The notes under the pieces were generated by a model. It searched no databases. It had not been told where the DNA came from and saw only the letters and a program-made list of their open reading frames with translations. Below are positions 11,756 through 24,869 of a stretch of DNA of 64,000 nucleotides, piece by piece; the stretch's first letter is position 1, and every line of letters begins with the position of its first letter. The DNA is from Escherichia coli (GTDB lineage: Bacteria; Pseudomonadota; Gammaproteobacteria; Enterobacterales; Enterobacteriaceae), in assembly GCF_003334785.1 (NCBI RefSeq), contig NZ_QOWV01000005.1. One strand, given 5' to 3'. The translations under genes were made by a program, and so were the position numbers.

Positions 11756-12178
11756 TTACGGTGTTACCCCTTTTTTTAAAAGAATATTCCCGTACTTCGC
11801 TCGTTCGCCTGTGATAACGATCGCAAAGGCTTTTTGCGCCCGTTCATAAAACGCAAAACGATTGATGCGGATGATGTCAGGACACGGGGCTTGTAGTGAA
11901 AGCGCATTACGGTAACGTCGTTCTACTTCAGGATCGAGAGTGTCACCTTCTACCGCCGCCATCATCACCAGCGGCGGTGCATAACTGTCCAGTTCAAATA
12001 ACGGGATAATCGCCTGGAGCAAGTCGCTCACCAACAGGCCATCAGCGCGGATCACCTGCGGTCCCATCGAATGGGCGGGAAAGTGAGCATCGGAAAAAAT
12101 AATTTCATCTCCATGTCCCATCTCTGCCAGCACTTTCAATAGTTCGGGAGAAATTAACGGCGAAATTGTTTTCAGCAT
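11756..12178 (-). CDS. fucU: L-fucose mutarotase
   Basis: 140 aa RbsD/FucU family. Confidence 0.9.
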
Positions 12179-12179
12179 T

Positions 12180-13598
12180 TCACACTTCCTCTATAAATTC
12201 AGGTTCAGTTTGCGGGTAGAAATAACGGTACTGATAATGAATCTGTGCGCGGGCTTCTTCCGGGCTGTTAAATTCCCCTACGCCATACCAACCGAACAGC
12301 GCAGCTCCTGCGACGGTCGTTTCGGCGTCGTCGAGAACTTTTACCGGAATATCAAGCATATTGGCTTTAATCTGATTCCACAATGTGTTGCGACTTCCTC
12401 CACCGACTAACAATAATTCAGAGGCCTTAAAGTGCCCGATTTTTTCCAGCATCTGTAGATTGCGCTGTAATTGCGCAGTTAACCCTTCCAGCGCCGCGCG
12501 ATAGAAATGCCCCCGCGTGGTATTAAGCGTCACTCCTTGCCAGCCAGCGTTCTGACACGACAATAAATCACACTGCATTTTTACGCCATCCGCGCCAGGC
12601 GCGATCAGACGAGCTTCTTCAATCAACATTTGCCAGGGTGTTTCAGCCGTCCAGAACAGTTTTCTCACCCATTCCAGCACGCCGGATGCCAGCCATTGCA
12701 TACCTGGGTTATACAACCCTGCCTGGCTATCCAGTTCGCAGGTGGAACCGGCGTACTGACTTAACAGCGAAGTATCAACCTGGGCGCTGCGAACCATTAA
12801 AATTTCCCATGTACCGGAAGAGAGCACGGGTTCATTTTGTTCAGCACCAGCGCCAAAAAGGGCGAACTGGGTATCGTGACCTGCGGAAATCACCGGTATG
12901 CCAACGGGTAAGCCGAGCATTGCTGCGGCGCTGTTCTGTAGCGTACCAATCTGTTCACCCGCTTCCACCAGACGAGGGAAGAGTCGGCGTGGAATACCGG
13001 TGGCTTGTAAAATTTGCGGACTGAAATCGCGTTGCTGGATATCCAGCATCTGGCTGGTTCCGGCCATCGTGATATCAGTAGTGAATTCGCCGGTTAAACG
13101 GTGGTTAATCAGCGACGAAATAAAGAGCCAGGCGTGCGCGCGTTCCAGCAGTTGTGGATGATTTTCTTTCAACCACACCAACTTATATAACGTATTGAAA
13201 CTAAAGGCTCCGACGCCAGAAATAGCCTGCAACCGCTGTGCGGAGATTAACCGTTCAATATTGTCCATAACCGCTGCTGTTCGCGGACATTTCCAGCTAA
13301 TAATCGGATAGAGCAGATTGCCTTGCTTATCTACCAGAGCGCCATCCACACCAAAGGTGGTGACGGCGATACCGCGGATGTGGCATTCAGTCAGTTCACT
13401 ATTGATTTGCCGACAGCAATCAGCAAAGCGTTGCAAAATGGCGTCTAAAGACCACTGGTGCCAGGTGTTGTTTTCCATCGCGATATCGCTGGCATTAGGC
13501 GTTGAGGCGCGGGCAACAATTTTGCCCTGCCGATTAACCGCGATGGCCCTGACATTGGTCGCGCCACAGTCGAGTACCAGGATAACTTCTTGTTTCAT
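12180..13598 (-). CDS. fucK: L-fuculokinase (FGGY family)
   Basis: ORF 12180..13628; ATG at 13598 ([15 protein letters not shown]) is preceded by AGGAG at 5-nt spacing; the longer ORF would run into an intergenic hairpin. Confidence 0.85.
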
Positions 13599-13616
13599 AA
13601 TCGCTCCTGCAATATA

Positions 13617-13640
13617 GCCGGATAACATTGCTTATCCGGC
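13617..13640. repeat. Palindromic hairpin in the fucI-fucK intergenic region
   Basis: GCCGGATAACATTGCTTATCCGGC. Confidence 0.6.
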
Positions 13641-13706
13641 TAACCACTCTTGCTTGTTCAGGCCCGGTAGCCGGAGCGACCGGGCATCACATCAGGGAGT
13701 AATGTA

Positions 13707-15482
13707 TTAACGCTTGTACAACGGACCGTAGTTCTGGCAAGCGCGGTAATCCTGGCCTTCAATATCCATGCCGTGCGCAGCCCAGGCAGAAGGACGATAC
13801 ACTTTGGTCTCTTCAACGTTGTGCATACATACCGGGATACGCAGCATGGAGGCGAGAGTGATAAAGTCTGCGCCAACGTGGCCGATGGTCAGAACCCCAT
13901 GGTTAGCGCCCCAGTTCGCCATTACCGAGTACACATCCGTAAACGGCCCTTTACCGGTGAGGCGCGGTGCAAACCAGGTGGTTGGCCAGGTTGAGTTGGT
14001 GCGTTTGTTGAGGATGTCATGCACATCCTTCGGCAATTCCACGCTCCAGCCTTCCGCGATTTGCAGTACCGGTCCCAGGCCTTTGATGATGTTGACACGA
14101 GTCATGGTGAACGGGACGCCGCCTTCGGTAAGGAAGCGGGAAGAGTAACCGCCGCCACGGAAGTATTCGTGGATCGCCGGGCACCATTCGGTAGCGGCGA
14201 GGCAAGCGTCAGCCTCTTGCTGAGAGATTTCCCAGTGTGGCTTCATCGTCGGGTTACCTTCGCTGTCGCGTTGTTTACAGGAACCGTCCAGCGCAGCAGA
14301 ACCGGAGTTGATCAAATGGATGATGCCGTGTTCTGCCAGTCCATCCAGTTTATGCCCCGTTACACGCTCAATTGCTTCTGGTGACCAGTAGGTACGCACA
14401 TCGGCAAATACCTGAGCGGTGCCGGTGAGCTGGTGACCCATTAGCATTGCCACGCCGTTAAGACTGTCGTTTTCGGTCGCCACGACAAAGGGTTCGCGCA
14501 CGCCATTCCAGTCAAATGAACTGTTGAGGATCGCTTCGGCGGTGTCACCATTGGGATATTGATCGGTCCAGTGACGTTGCCCCTGGAAGCCCGCAGCGAT
14601 GGCGTTGTAGCCAAGTGATTCTTCCACGCGACCAATATCGGCCAGTTTGCTGTTGCCTTGCATCATGTCGCGGATACACATCGCCATCAGTAAACTTTCG
14701 CGCAGAACTGCGCGGCTTTGCTCGGCATTACGTTGATACTGTTTGTTATTTTCATCTTCGCCATAGCGGAAGTTTTTATCAGCCCAGGCCAGTGCCATTT
14801 CCAATTCGGCTTCGTCGTAAATCTTCTGATCGATACGGCGACGCAGTTCGGTCATATCCACCGCCTGGACTTTCATTCCCAGCCAGGATTCAAAGAAGTT
14901 GTGATCAACAATGGAACCGGCGATACCCATCGAAACGCCGCCCAGCGACAGATAGCTTTTACCTTTCATGCTGGCGACGGCCAAACCGGCGCGGGCAAAG
15001 CGCAGCAGTTTTTCTTCAACATCGGCAGGAATCGATGTGTCATCGGCATCCTGAACGTCATGACCGTAAATGGAGAATGCTGGGATGCCTTTCTGGCTGT
15101 GAGCTGCCAGAGCCGCTGCCAGGTAAACAGCGCCGGGGCGTTCAGTGCCGTTAAAGCCCCAAATGGCCTTCGGGCGGGTTGGATCCATGTCGATGGTTTC
15201 ACTGCCATAGCACCAGCAAGGCGTTACCGTAATGGTGAGGCCTACATTCTGACTGCTGAATTTTTCTTCGCAAGCAGCGGCTTCAGCCATACCCGCGATA
15301 CAGGTATCGGAAATGACACACTCGACGGCAGCTCCGCAGGCATGGCGCAGTTTCTCGGTCAGCAGTGCGGCCGTAGCTTTCGCCATATTCATTGTTTGTT
15401 CTTCAAGCGACTCACGAACACCCATGCGACGACCGTCAATAACCGGGCGGATACCAATTTTCGGTAAGCTGATTTTTTTCAT
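13707..15482 (-). CDS. fucI: L-fucose isomerase
   Basis: 591 aa; matches FucI from memory. Confidence 0.95.
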   Translation of the reverse strand: MKKISLPKIGIRPVIDGRRMGVRESLEEQTMNMAKATAALLTEKLRHACGAAVECVISDTCIAGMAEAAACEEKFSSQNVGLTITVTPCWCYGSETIDMDPTRPKAIWGFNGTERPGAVYLAAALAAHSQKGIPAFSIYGHDVQDADDTSIPADVEEKLLRFARAGLAVASMKGKSYLSLGGVSMGIAGSIVDHNFFESWLGMKVQAVDMTELRRRIDQKIYDEAELEMALAWADKNFRYGEDENNKQYQRNAEQSRAVLRESLLMAMCIRDMMQGNSKLADIGRVEESLGYNAIAAGFQGQRHWTDQYPNGDTAEAILNSSFDWNGVREPFVVATENDSLNGVAMLMGHQLTGTAQVFADVRTYWSPEAIERVTGHKLDGLAEHGIIHLINSGSAALDGSCKQRDSEGNPTMKPHWEISQQEADACLAATEWCPAIHEYFRGGGYSSRFLTEGGVPFTMTRVNIIKGLGPVLQIAEGWSVELPKDVHDILNKRTNSTWPTTWFAPRLTGKGPFTDVYSVMANWGANHGVLTIGHVGADFITLASMLRIPVCMHNVEETKVYRPSAWAAHGMDIEGQDYRACQNYGPLYKR

Positions 15483-15514
15483 TACAGATTCCTCACTTTA
15501 TTCGGAAAATATGT

Positions 15515-16831
15515 TCAGTTAGTTGCCGTTTGAGAACGGAAACGGGCAAAGATAAAGATGACCGCGAAGCAGAGTGCGGGGATCAGTTCAGCAGTGGGGA
15601 TGTTGCCCGCCGCGTCACTGACAAAACCCATGACCGGAGTGACAATACCGCCGCCAATAATGGTCATAACGATGAAGGACGAACCATATTTGGTGTCCTG
15701 GCCGAGATTCTTAATGCCCAGCGAGAAGATTGTTGGGTACTGAATCGACATAAAGGCGCTGCATAAAGTCAGGGCTATTAAGCCCACATGACCGCCAGCG
15801 AAGGCTGAGATCAGGCACAGTGCCATAGCGATTAATGCGTAGGCGGCCAGGACTTTGTGTGGTGCGAAGCGACTGATGAGCCAGGTACCGGTGAAACGAC
15901 CAATAAAGAAGCACACCATGGTTCCGGTTAAATAGTTAGCGGCAAAGCCTGCAGTCATACCTGGAATTTCTTCTACAGCGTAGCGAATCAAATAGCTCCA
16001 GCAGGCCGTTTGTGCGCCGACATAGCAGAATTGCGCTAATACCGCCCAGCGCCAGTGGCGAATACGCGCCAGGCGAGAAAGCGATGCGGAGAACGATCCT
16101 TGTTTGGCGTCACTGTGATTATCACTCTGCAATGCCGGGAATTTCGTCAGCATGATCAGCAGGGCGACCAGTAACACGATAGCCACGATGATCATATAAG
16201 GTGTCTGTACCGATAATACCAGGCTGTGTTTATACGCACTCAATTGCTCTGGAGACATTTTATCGAGAACGTCTTGCGATTGATGTGGCACGTTAGACAA
16301 AATAAGACTTTGCCCAAAGACAACCGCGATAATTGCGCCAAACGAGTTAAATGTTTGCGCAAGATTTAAGCGGAAGTGACCACTACTTTCCGGCCCTAAT
16401 ACCGTAACAAAAGGGTTTGCGGCAGTTTCCAGACAACCTAATCCGGCTGCAATAATAAATAGGCCAACTAAAAATAAGGTGTAGTTCATTATTTCTGCGG
16501 CGGGCCAGAATAATGCAGCACCCAAGGCATATAAAAATAACCCGGTAATAATCCCTGCTTTATAACTGAGTTTTTTCATCAATATCCCAGCAGGGATTGG
16601 GATAATGAAATAACCAAAGTAAAAGGCCGATTGGATCAGGCCAGCCTGGAAATTTGTCAGCGTAAAAGCCTGCTGGAATTGAGGTAATAAAATGTCGTTA
16701 AGGTTATTGGCTACCGCCCAAAGAAAAAACAGTGAGCACAGCAGCGCGAATGGAATAATGTAACTTCTGCTTTGCCCTGCATCTTTATCTACCGCACGGT
16801 AACTCTGCGTTTGTATTGATGTGTTTCCCAT
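15515..16831 (-). CDS. fucP: L-fucose:H+ symporter (MFS)
   Basis: 438 aa polytopic MFS protein, first gene of the fucPIKUR unit. Confidence 0.9.
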   Translation of the reverse strand: MGNTSIQTQSYRAVDKDAGQSRSYIIPFALLCSLFFLWAVANNLNDILLPQFQQAFTLTNFQAGLIQSAFYFGYFIIPIPAGILMKKLSYKAGIITGLFLYALGAALFWPAAEIMNYTLFLVGLFIIAAGLGCLETAANPFVTVLGPESSGHFRLNLAQTFNSFGAIIAVVFGQSLILSNVPHQSQDVLDKMSPEQLSAYKHSLVLSVQTPYMIIVAIVLLVALLIMLTKFPALQSDNHSDAKQGSFSASLSRLARIRHWRWAVLAQFCYVGAQTACWSYLIRYAVEEIPGMTAGFAANYLTGTMVCFFIGRFTGTWLISRFAPHKVLAAYALIAMALCLISAFAGGHVGLIALTLCSAFMSIQYPTIFSLGIKNLGQDTKYGSSFIVMTIIGGGIVTPVMGFVSDAAGNIPTAELIPALCFAVIFIFARFRSQTATN

Positions 16832-17019
16832 AGCATCCTCTTAGGTTCAGAAGCTTAAGCACGTAATCGGTTATGTTTTCAAAAGTGCAAAACCAGCGAG
16901 TTCGGGCTTCATATCAGTGAATATTTGCCTGTCTGAAATGAACTCATGGATTCATTTTCAAATAAAAAACGCTCTGTAATATGACGGCGGTCACACTTAT
17001 TAGCTAGAAGGTGACTTTA

Positions 17020-17035
17020 TGTGACTACCATCACT
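17020..17035. promoter_or_regulatory. CRP-like site in the fucPIK/fucAO divergent control region
   Basis: TGTGACTACCATCACT matches TGTGA-N6-TCACA at 9 of 10 positions. Confidence 0.45.
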
Positions 17036-17093
17036 TTAATAATCGAAATTTCATGCCCGTTTCAGAAAATAAATCATAAAAAACACAAATCAG

Positions 17094-17188
17094 ATGACCG
17101 TATTAATTGTTTGTGCCGAAAACGGTCATTCCGGGCTTGGAGGAATAGAAAAATGACCGTTTTGATAAATATTTTTAAGAGCGGTCAT
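17094..17188. promoter_or_regulatory. Two copies of an ATGACCGT-N20-ACGGTCAT inverted repeat (candidate FucR operators)
   Basis: ATGACCGT at 17094 and ACGGTCAT at 17122; ATGACCGT at 17153 and GCGGTCAT at 17181; copies about 59 bp apart between fucP and fucA. Confidence 0.5.
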
Positions 17189-17377
17189 TTTTAATGGGGT
17201 TATAAAAAGAGAACTTGCAGTTATTTACTGTGATTAGTTGAACCAGGTCACAAAATATAAGCTTGTGAATTTCTTTCTTGTTAATCAGGAAGAAGATGGT
17301 GGGTAATTAAACGGCTAATTCAATAGTGTGAAAGGAACAACATTATTGCCCTGTTTTGAATCAGAGAGAGGTAGCTA

Positions 17378-18025
17378 ATGGAACGAAATAAACTTGCTCG
17401 TCAGATTATTGACACTTGCCTGGAAATGACCCGCCTGGGACTGAACCAGGGGACAGCGGGGAACGTCAGTGTACGTTATCAGGATGGGATGCTGATTACG
17501 CCTACAGGCATTCCATATGAAAAACTGACGGAGTCGCATATTGTCTTTATTGATGGCAACGGTAAACATGAGGAAGGAAAGCTCCCCTCAAGCGAATGGC
17601 GTTTCCATATGGCAGCCTATCAAAGCAGACCGGATGCCAACGCGGTTGTTCACAATCATGCCGTTCATTGCACGGCAGTTTCCATTCTTAACCGATCGAT
17701 CCCCGCTATTCACTACATGATTGCGGCGGCTGGCGGTAATTCTATTCCTTGCGCGCCTTATGCGACCTTTGGAACACGCGAACTTTCTGAACATGTTGCG
17801 CTGGCTCTCAAAAATCGTAAGGCAACTTTGTTACAACATCATGGGCTTATCGCTTGTGAGGTGAATCTGGAAAAAGCGTTATGGCTGGCGCATGAAGTTG
17901 AAGTGCTGGCGCAACTTTACCTGACGACCCTGGCGATTACGGACCCGGTGCCAGTGCTGAGCGATGAAGAGATTGCCGTAGTGCTGGAGAAATTCAAAAC
18001 CTATGGGTTACGAATTGAAGAGTAA
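17378..18025 (+). CDS. fucA: L-fuculose-1-phosphate aldolase
   Basis: 215 aa class II aldolase. Confidence 0.95.
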   Translation: MERNKLARQIIDTCLEMTRLGLNQGTAGNVSVRYQDGMLITPTGIPYEKLTESHIVFIDGNGKHEEGKLPSSEWRFHMAAYQSRPDANAVVHNHAVHCTAVSILNRSIPAIHYMIAAAGGNSIPCAPYATFGTRELSEHVALALKNRKATLLQHHGLIACEVNLEKALWLAHEVEVLAQLYLTTLAITDPVPVLSDEEIAVVLEKFKTYGLRIEE

Positions 18026-18052
18026 TTTCGTAAAGCAACAAGGAGAAGGATG

Positions 18053-19201
18053 ATGGCTAACAGAATGATTCTGAACGAAACGGCATGGTTTGGTCGGGGT
18101 GCTGTTGGGGCTTTAACCGATGAGGTGAAACGCCGTGGTTATCAGAAGGCGCTGATCGTCACCGATAAAACGCTGGTGCAATGCGGCGTGGTGGCGAAAG
18201 TGACCGATAAGATGGATGCTGCAGGGCTGGCATGGGCGATTTACGACGGCGTAGTGCCCAACCCAACAATTACTGTCGTCAAAGAAGGGCTCGGTGTATT
18301 CCAGAATAGCGGCGCGGATTACCTGATCGCTATTGGTGGTGGTTCTCCACAGGATACTTGTAAAGCGATTGGCATTATCAGCAACAACCCGGAGTTTGCC
18401 GATGTGCGTAGCCTGGAAGGGCTTTCCCCGACCAATAAACCCAGTGTACCGATTCTGGCAATTCCTACCACAGCAGGTACTGCGGCAGAAGTGACCATTA
18501 ACTACGTGATCACTGACGAAGAGAAACGGCGCAAGTTTGTTTGCGTTGATCCGCATGATATCCCGCAGGTGGCGTTTATTGACGCTGACATGATGGATGG
18601 TATGCCTCCAGCGCTGAAAGCTGCGACGGGTGTCGATGCGCTCACTCATGCTATTGAGGGGTATATTACCCGTGGCGCGTGGGCGCTAACCGATGCACTG
18701 CACATTAAAGCGATTGAAATCATTGCTGGGGCGCTGCGAGGATCGGTTGCTGGTGATAAGGATGCCGGAGAAGAAATGGCGCTCGGGCAGTATGTTGCGG
18801 GTATGGGCTTCTCGAATGTTGGGTTAGGGTTGGTGCATGGTATGGCGCATCCACTGGGCGCGTTTTATAACACTCCACACGGTGTTGCGAACGCCATCCT
18901 GTTACCGCATGTCATGCGTTATAACGCTGACTTTACCGGTGAGAAGTACCGCGATATCGCGCGCGTTATGGGCGTGAAAGTGGAAGGTATGAGCCTGGAA
19001 GAGGCGCGTAATGCCGCTGTTGAAGCGGTGTTTGCTCTCAACCGTGATGTCGGTATTCCGCCACATTTGCGTGATGTTGGTGTACGCAAGGAAGACATTC
19101 CGGCACTGGCGCAGGCGGCACTGGATGATGTTTGTACCGGTGGCAACCCGCGTGAAGCAACGCTTGAGGATATTGTAGAGCTTTACCATACCGCCTGGTA
19201 A
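18053..19201 (+). CDS. fucO: Lactaldehyde reductase (L-1,2-propanediol oxidoreductase, Fe-ADH)
   Basis: ORF from 18050 (MMANR…); the second Met gives 382 aa; iron-containing alcohol dehydrogenase. Confidence 0.9.
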   Translation: MANRMILNETAWFGRGAVGALTDEVKRRGYQKALIVTDKTLVQCGVVAKVTDKMDAAGLAWAIYDGVVPNPTITVVKEGLGVFQNSGADYLIAIGGGSPQDTCKAIGIISNNPEFADVRSLEGLSPTNKPSVPILAIPTTAGTAAEVTINYVITDEEKRRKFVCVDPHDIPQVAFIDADMMDGMPPALKAATGVDALTHAIEGYITRGAWALTDALHIKAIEIIAGALRGSVAGDKDAGEEMALGQYVAGMGFSNVGLGLVHGMAHPLGAFYNTPHGVANAILLPHVMRYNADFTGEKYRDIARVMGVKVEGMSLEEARNAAVEAVFALNRDVGIPPHLRDVGVRKEDIPALAQAALDDVCTGGNPREATLEDIVELYHTAW

Positions 19202-19219
19202 ATGCGCTGATGTGATAAT

Positions 19220-19249
19220 GCCGGATACGACGTTTGCGGCGTATCCGGC
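19220..19249. repeat. REP-type palindrome between convergent fucO and xni
   Basis: GCCGGATACGACGTTTGCGGCGTATCCGGC. Confidence 0.7.
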
Positions 19250-19255
19250 TCGCCG

Positions 19256-20122
<867 letters not shown>

Positions 20123-21490
20123 TTAATCGCAGGCAACGATCTTCATTGCCAGGCCGCCGCGAGAGGTTTCGCGGTACTTGGCGTTCATATCTTTACCTGT
20201 TTCGTACATGGTTTCGATAACTTTATCGAGGCAGACGCGCGGCTCGCTGGTACGGCGCAGCGCCATACGTGCGGCGTTCACCGCTTTTACTGCCGCAATG
20301 GCGTTACGCTCGATGCATGGCACCTGTACCTGTCCGGCGACCGGGTCACACGTCAGACCGAGGTTGTGCTCCATGGCGATTTCCGCCGCGATGCACACCT
20401 GCGCCGGGCTTGCGCCTAATAGTTCTGCCAGACCAGCCGCCGCCATTGAGCACGCCACGCCAACTTCACCCTGGCAACCCACTTCAGCACCAGAAATCGA
20501 CGCGTTCATCTTATAAAGAGAACCAATGGCGCTGGCTACCAGCAGGTAACGAGCCAGTGAGTTAGCGTTCACTTCGCGGATAAACTTGTCGTAGTACGCC
20601 AGAACTGCCGGGATAATCCCGCACGCACCGTTAGTCGGCGCAGTCACCACGCGACCGCCAGCAGCGTTCTCTTCGTTCACTGCCAGTGCAAACATGTTGA
20701 TCCAGTCAACAACCGCCATCGGGTCAGTGGTGGTTTTATCCTGGCTGACCAGCATCCGGCGTAGTGCCGCAGCACGGCGTGGAACGCGCAGTTTGCCAGG
20801 CAACACGCCTTCGGTGGAAATACCGCGCTCAATACCGCCGCGCATGACTTCCCAGACGTTCGCCAGGTGCTGTTCCAGCTCTTCTTTGCTGTGCAGCGCC
20901 AGCTCGTTTTTCATCATCAGGCCAGAGAGTGACAGCCCGGTTTCCTGACAATGTTTTTGCAGATCGGCTGCTGAACTGTACGGATAAGGAACTTCAACCG
21001 GTGCGCTATCCTGCTGGCCAAAATGCTCTTCATCAACGATAAAGCCACCGCCAATAGAGTAGTAAGTCTGGCTGTAAACGACTTTATCGCCCGCCAGCGC
21101 GGTAATGCGCATACCGTTTTCATGCAGAGAAAGGTTGTCGGCGTGGAAGTTCATGCACTGATCAACCGGGAACTCCACTTCATGCTGACCGTTTGCCAGC
21201 ATCAGGCGACCATGAGTATTCACATCCTGAATAAAACTGGGGATGGAATCGATATCCACGGTATCCGGCAGGTTACCCGCCAGGCCCATAATAATGGCGA
21301 TATCAGTGTGGTGGCCTTTACCGGTCAGAGAGAGCGAGCCGTACACGTCAACCACCACGCGGGTCACGTCTTTAAGCAGGTTACGGGCAATCAGATCGTC
21401 GGTAAATTGTTTACCCGCTTTCATTGGTCCAACGGTATGAGAACTGGAAGGGCCAATGCCGATTTTGAAAATATCGAATACGCTAATCAT
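20123..21490 (-). CDS. sdaB: L-serine dehydratase 2 (Fe-S)
   Basis: 455 aa; matches SdaB from memory. Confidence 0.9.
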   Translation of the reverse strand: MISVFDIFKIGIGPSSSHTVGPMKAGKQFTDDLIARNLLKDVTRVVVDVYGSLSLTGKGHHTDIAIIMGLAGNLPDTVDIDSIPSFIQDVNTHGRLMLANGQHEVEFPVDQCMNFHADNLSLHENGMRITALAGDKVVYSQTYYSIGGGFIVDEEHFGQQDSAPVEVPYPYSSAADLQKHCQETGLSLSGLMMKNELALHSKEELEQHLANVWEVMRGGIERGISTEGVLPGKLRVPRRAAALRRMLVSQDKTTTDPMAVVDWINMFALAVNEENAAGGRVVTAPTNGACGIIPAVLAYYDKFIREVNANSLARYLLVASAIGSLYKMNASISGAEVGCQGEVGVACSMAAAGLAELLGASPAQVCIAAEIAMEHNLGLTCDPVAGQVQVPCIERNAIAAVKAVNAARMALRRTSEPRVCLDKVIETMYETGKDMNAKYRETSRGGLAMKIVACD

Positions 21491-21547
21491 AGGAAATACA
21501 TCGCGTTAAAACGGAGGAAGCGCCGCCCGAAAGCGGCGCGAAAGGAC

Positions 21548-22837
21548 TTAGCTGAACAGAGAGTAGAAGATTGCGGAGATTGCAATCAGACCCATCACGA
21601 CAACGAATACGTTGCTGATGTGACCGCTGTACTTACGCATTGCCGGTACTTTCTGAATTGCGTACATCGGCATCAGGAACAGGATCATCGCGATGATTGG
21701 ACCGCCCAGGGTTTCAATCATACCCAGGATGCTCGGGTTCAGGGTGGCAACAATCCAGGTCGTTACCAGCATGAACAGCGCAGTGATACGGTTCAGCTTG
21801 TTGATTTCGATAGACTTACCTTTACCACGCAGAGATTTAATCACCATACCGTTGAAGCCTTCACGTGCGCCCAGGTAGTGACCGAGGAAGGATTTGGTGA
21901 TAGCGATAATCGCGATAATCGGAGCCATCCACGCGATAACCGGTGCGTTAAAGTGGTTAGCCAGGTAAGACAGAATCGAGATGTTCTGCTCTTTAGCCGC
22001 AGCCAGGTCTGCCGGAGTCAGGCTCAGTACACAGCTGAAGACGAAGAACATTACGGTCAGCACCATCATGATGTGTGCGAATGCCAGGATCTTCGAGCAT
22101 TTCTGTTCTGCCATATCGCCGTACTCTTCACGCTTCGCAACGGCGAAAGAAGAGATGATCGGAGAGTGGTTGAACGAGAACACCATTACCGGAATTGCCA
22201 GCCACAGGGTCATCCACAGACCGTTTCCGGTTGCAGATGCAGTGTCCAGAGACAGCGTTTCCAGTGCAGCGCCGTTCCACTGCGGGATCAGGTACAGAGC
22301 CAGCAGCATCAGTACGCCAACAAACGGGAATACCAGAATACTCATCGCTTTAACGATCATCTGCTCACCGAAGCGAACGATGGTCATCATACCCACGATC
22401 AGGATCAGCGACAGAATCGCACGCGGCGGTGGCGTCATACCCAGCTGGTGAGACATGAAGCTTTCAACGGTATTGGTGATTGCCACGCTATAAACCAGCA
22501 GGATCGGGTAGATAGCGAAGAAGTAGAGCAGGGTAATCAGTTTACCTGCGCCAATACCAAAGTGTTCTTCTACAACCTCGGTGATGTCTTCGCCCGGGTT
22601 TTTACCAGACAGTACGAAGCGAGTCAGGCCGCGGTGAGCAAAAAACGTCATCGGGAACGCAAGGATAGCCATGATGATCAGCGGGATCATACCGCCAACA
22701 CCGGCGTTGATTGGCAGGAACAGCACGCCCGCGCCGATTGCCGTGCCGTAAAGGCCCAGCATCCACATGGTGTCTGTCTTGCGCCAGGCACTACGAGAGT
22801 CTTTCGACGCAATCGTGCTGGTTTGAGTCGTTTCCAT
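21548..22837 (-). CDS. sdaC: Serine:H+ symporter
   Basis: 429 aa polytopic transporter immediately upstream of sdaB. Confidence 0.9.
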   Translation of the reverse strand: METTQTSTIASKDSRSAWRKTDTMWMLGLYGTAIGAGVLFLPINAGVGGMIPLIIMAILAFPMTFFAHRGLTRFVLSGKNPGEDITEVVEEHFGIGAGKLITLLYFFAIYPILLVYSVAITNTVESFMSHQLGMTPPPRAILSLILIVGMMTIVRFGEQMIVKAMSILVFPFVGVLMLLALYLIPQWNGAALETLSLDTASATGNGLWMTLWLAIPVMVFSFNHSPIISSFAVAKREEYGDMAEQKCSKILAFAHIMMVLTVMFFVFSCVLSLTPADLAAAKEQNISILSYLANHFNAPVIAWMAPIIAIIAITKSFLGHYLGAREGFNGMVIKSLRGKGKSIEINKLNRITALFMLVTTWIVATLNPSILGMIETLGGPIIAMILFLMPMYAIQKVPAMRKYSGHISNVFVVVMGLIAISAIFYSLFS

Positions 22838-23393
22838 CTATTTCTCCTGGAGGAATGCAAATAATTCAGCTTTTAGCCAGTTCAGCCCGGGAAGGTGCCT
22901 GACCGTAAAAATGAAATCTGTCTATCGGCGATGGCTTAATCATTTACCGCCGTAATAATTTGAGGGCGGAAAGATACACACAAGTTATGTATCTATCAGT
23001 GATCTTGATCTCAAATACAATAATCTACTTGGAAGATAGATTATCCCAACGCTTTACTCTGTAAATCAAAAGTAAAAGAGAATTTAAGGGCAATATTTGC
23101 CCATTAAACGACATCTGACTTCTTCCGGGGCGCGCAATATATGTAGGTTGAACTGAAAAAATCAATACTTTTAGTTAATCATGGCGATAATTTCTTTTTC
23201 ATAGCGATAAAATACGGTTTATGAAAATAGGGAAACGTTTGCGTTGCAACATAAATTGTATGACATATTAACTGTGATGATATTTGTCGCGTGAGGGTGG
23301 TAAGAAACATTCATATAACAAATGAAATGAGTTGATGAGTAAGTGACCAAAAACGAGAAAACCCGGCAACAAACGTCACCGGGGGAGCGGAGA

Positions 23394-24758
23394 TTACGTG
23401 CAGATTTCGTAGCAAGGGATGTAGGCTGAGCCTGGCAACTTCATACGATGCTGGGCAACAAAACCCTGTAGCAGGTCGTCCATACGACGCATAATCTCTT
23501 TATCGCCGTTGATTTTGTAAGGACCAAACTCTTCAATGGCGCGAATACCGACTTCTTTTACGTTACCCGCCACAATACCGGAGAACGCACGGCGCAGGTC
23601 GGCAGCCAGCACTTCAACAGGTTGATCCGGGTAAAGCTTCAGATTAGCCATATTCTCGTGAGACGGCTCAAACGGCATTTGCAAATCTGGCGCAATGCGC
23701 ATTGACCAGTTAAAGCTGTAGGCATCGCCTGTATCACGGCGATTTTCTTTCACCAGCGGCATCGATTTTTTCATCTGACGAGCGACTTCAGCTGCGTCAT
23801 CAATGATGATGCGGTAATGGCGGCGCGCGTTTTCACCCAGCGTATGCACGACAAACTCGTCCAGTACGCGGAAGTAGTCGGCGCTCTCTTTCGGGCCGGT
23901 GAGGATCAATGGTAAAACCTGATCTTTGTTGGCCGGGTTCATTAAAATTCCCAGCAAATAGAGCAACTCTTCTGCCGTACCCACACCGCCAGGGAAGATA
24001 ATGATACCGTGAGCGATACGGACAAACGCTTCCAGACGTTTTTCGATATCTGGCATGATGATCAATTCGTTGACCAGCGGGTTAGGCGGTTCAGCGGCGA
24101 TAATCGACGGCTCTGTCATACCAATAAAACGACTGTCTTTGTAACGCTGCTGCGCGTGTCCGACCGCAGCACCTTTCATCGGCGCTTCCATCGCTCCCGG
24201 ACCACAGCCGGTGCAGATATTCAGCTCACGCAGGCCCAGCTGGTTTCCGACGCGACGGGCATACAAATACTCGTTTTCGTTAATTGAGTGACCGCCCCAG
24301 CAGACCACCATATTTGGCGCTTCACCCACATGCAGCGCGCGAGCGTTACGCAAGATGGAAAAGACCAGGTTAGTGATGTGGACGGAGTTGTCGAGATTCA
24401 GGTTGGGAAAACGAACGGTGTTATGGATTTGCCCGTAAACGAAGAGAATGTCACGCAGGACCGCGAACAAGTTGGCCTGCAAAGCGCGAATAATTCGCCC
24501 ATCGACAAAAGCCTCTTCCGGGGGATTAATCAGTTCCAGCTTTACGCCGCGTTCACGGCGCAAGACGTTAATATCGAAATTTTCAAAACGAGACAGCAAT
24601 TCTTTGCTGTTATCGGTCAAACTACCGGAGTTCAGTACGGCAAGTGAACAGTTGCGAAACAGTTGATAGAGGTCGCTGCTGGCGGTGCGTTTAAGCATAT
24701 CCACTTCCAGCTGCGACAACATATCCATGGAGCCAAGCGGGCTAATATGTGTAATCAA
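23394..24758 (-). CDS. ppnN: Nucleotide 5'-monophosphate nucleosidase PpnN (LOG family)
   Basis: 454 aa; LOG-type motif [10 protein letters not shown]; matches YgdH/PpnN from memory. Confidence 0.85.
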
Positions 24759-24869
24759 GAAAAACTCCTTATGGGACGAATATCGTCATTCCCTTTGATT
24801 ACAATAGCCCTGCCTGATGACCTTTCACAACCTTCTGCGTGAATCCAGCACGCAAAATTGAGAAAAAAT

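Noticed and set aside
13599-13628. Longer fucK start ([10 protein letters not shown]…)
   Set aside because: It would place the start inside an intergenic palindromic hairpin; the downstream ATG has a canonical AGGAG RBS.
21023-22864. 613-aa ORF on the plus strand
   Set aside because: Lies entirely antisense to sdaC/sdaB, has a His/Arg/Gln-rich low-complexity composition and no RBS; an artefact of the coding strand opposite.
22838-23393. 556-bp AT-rich spacer between sdaC and ppnN, examined for sRNA or mobile remnants
   Set aside because: No repeats, terminator or RBS-led ORF; consistent with an ordinary long promoter region for sdaC.
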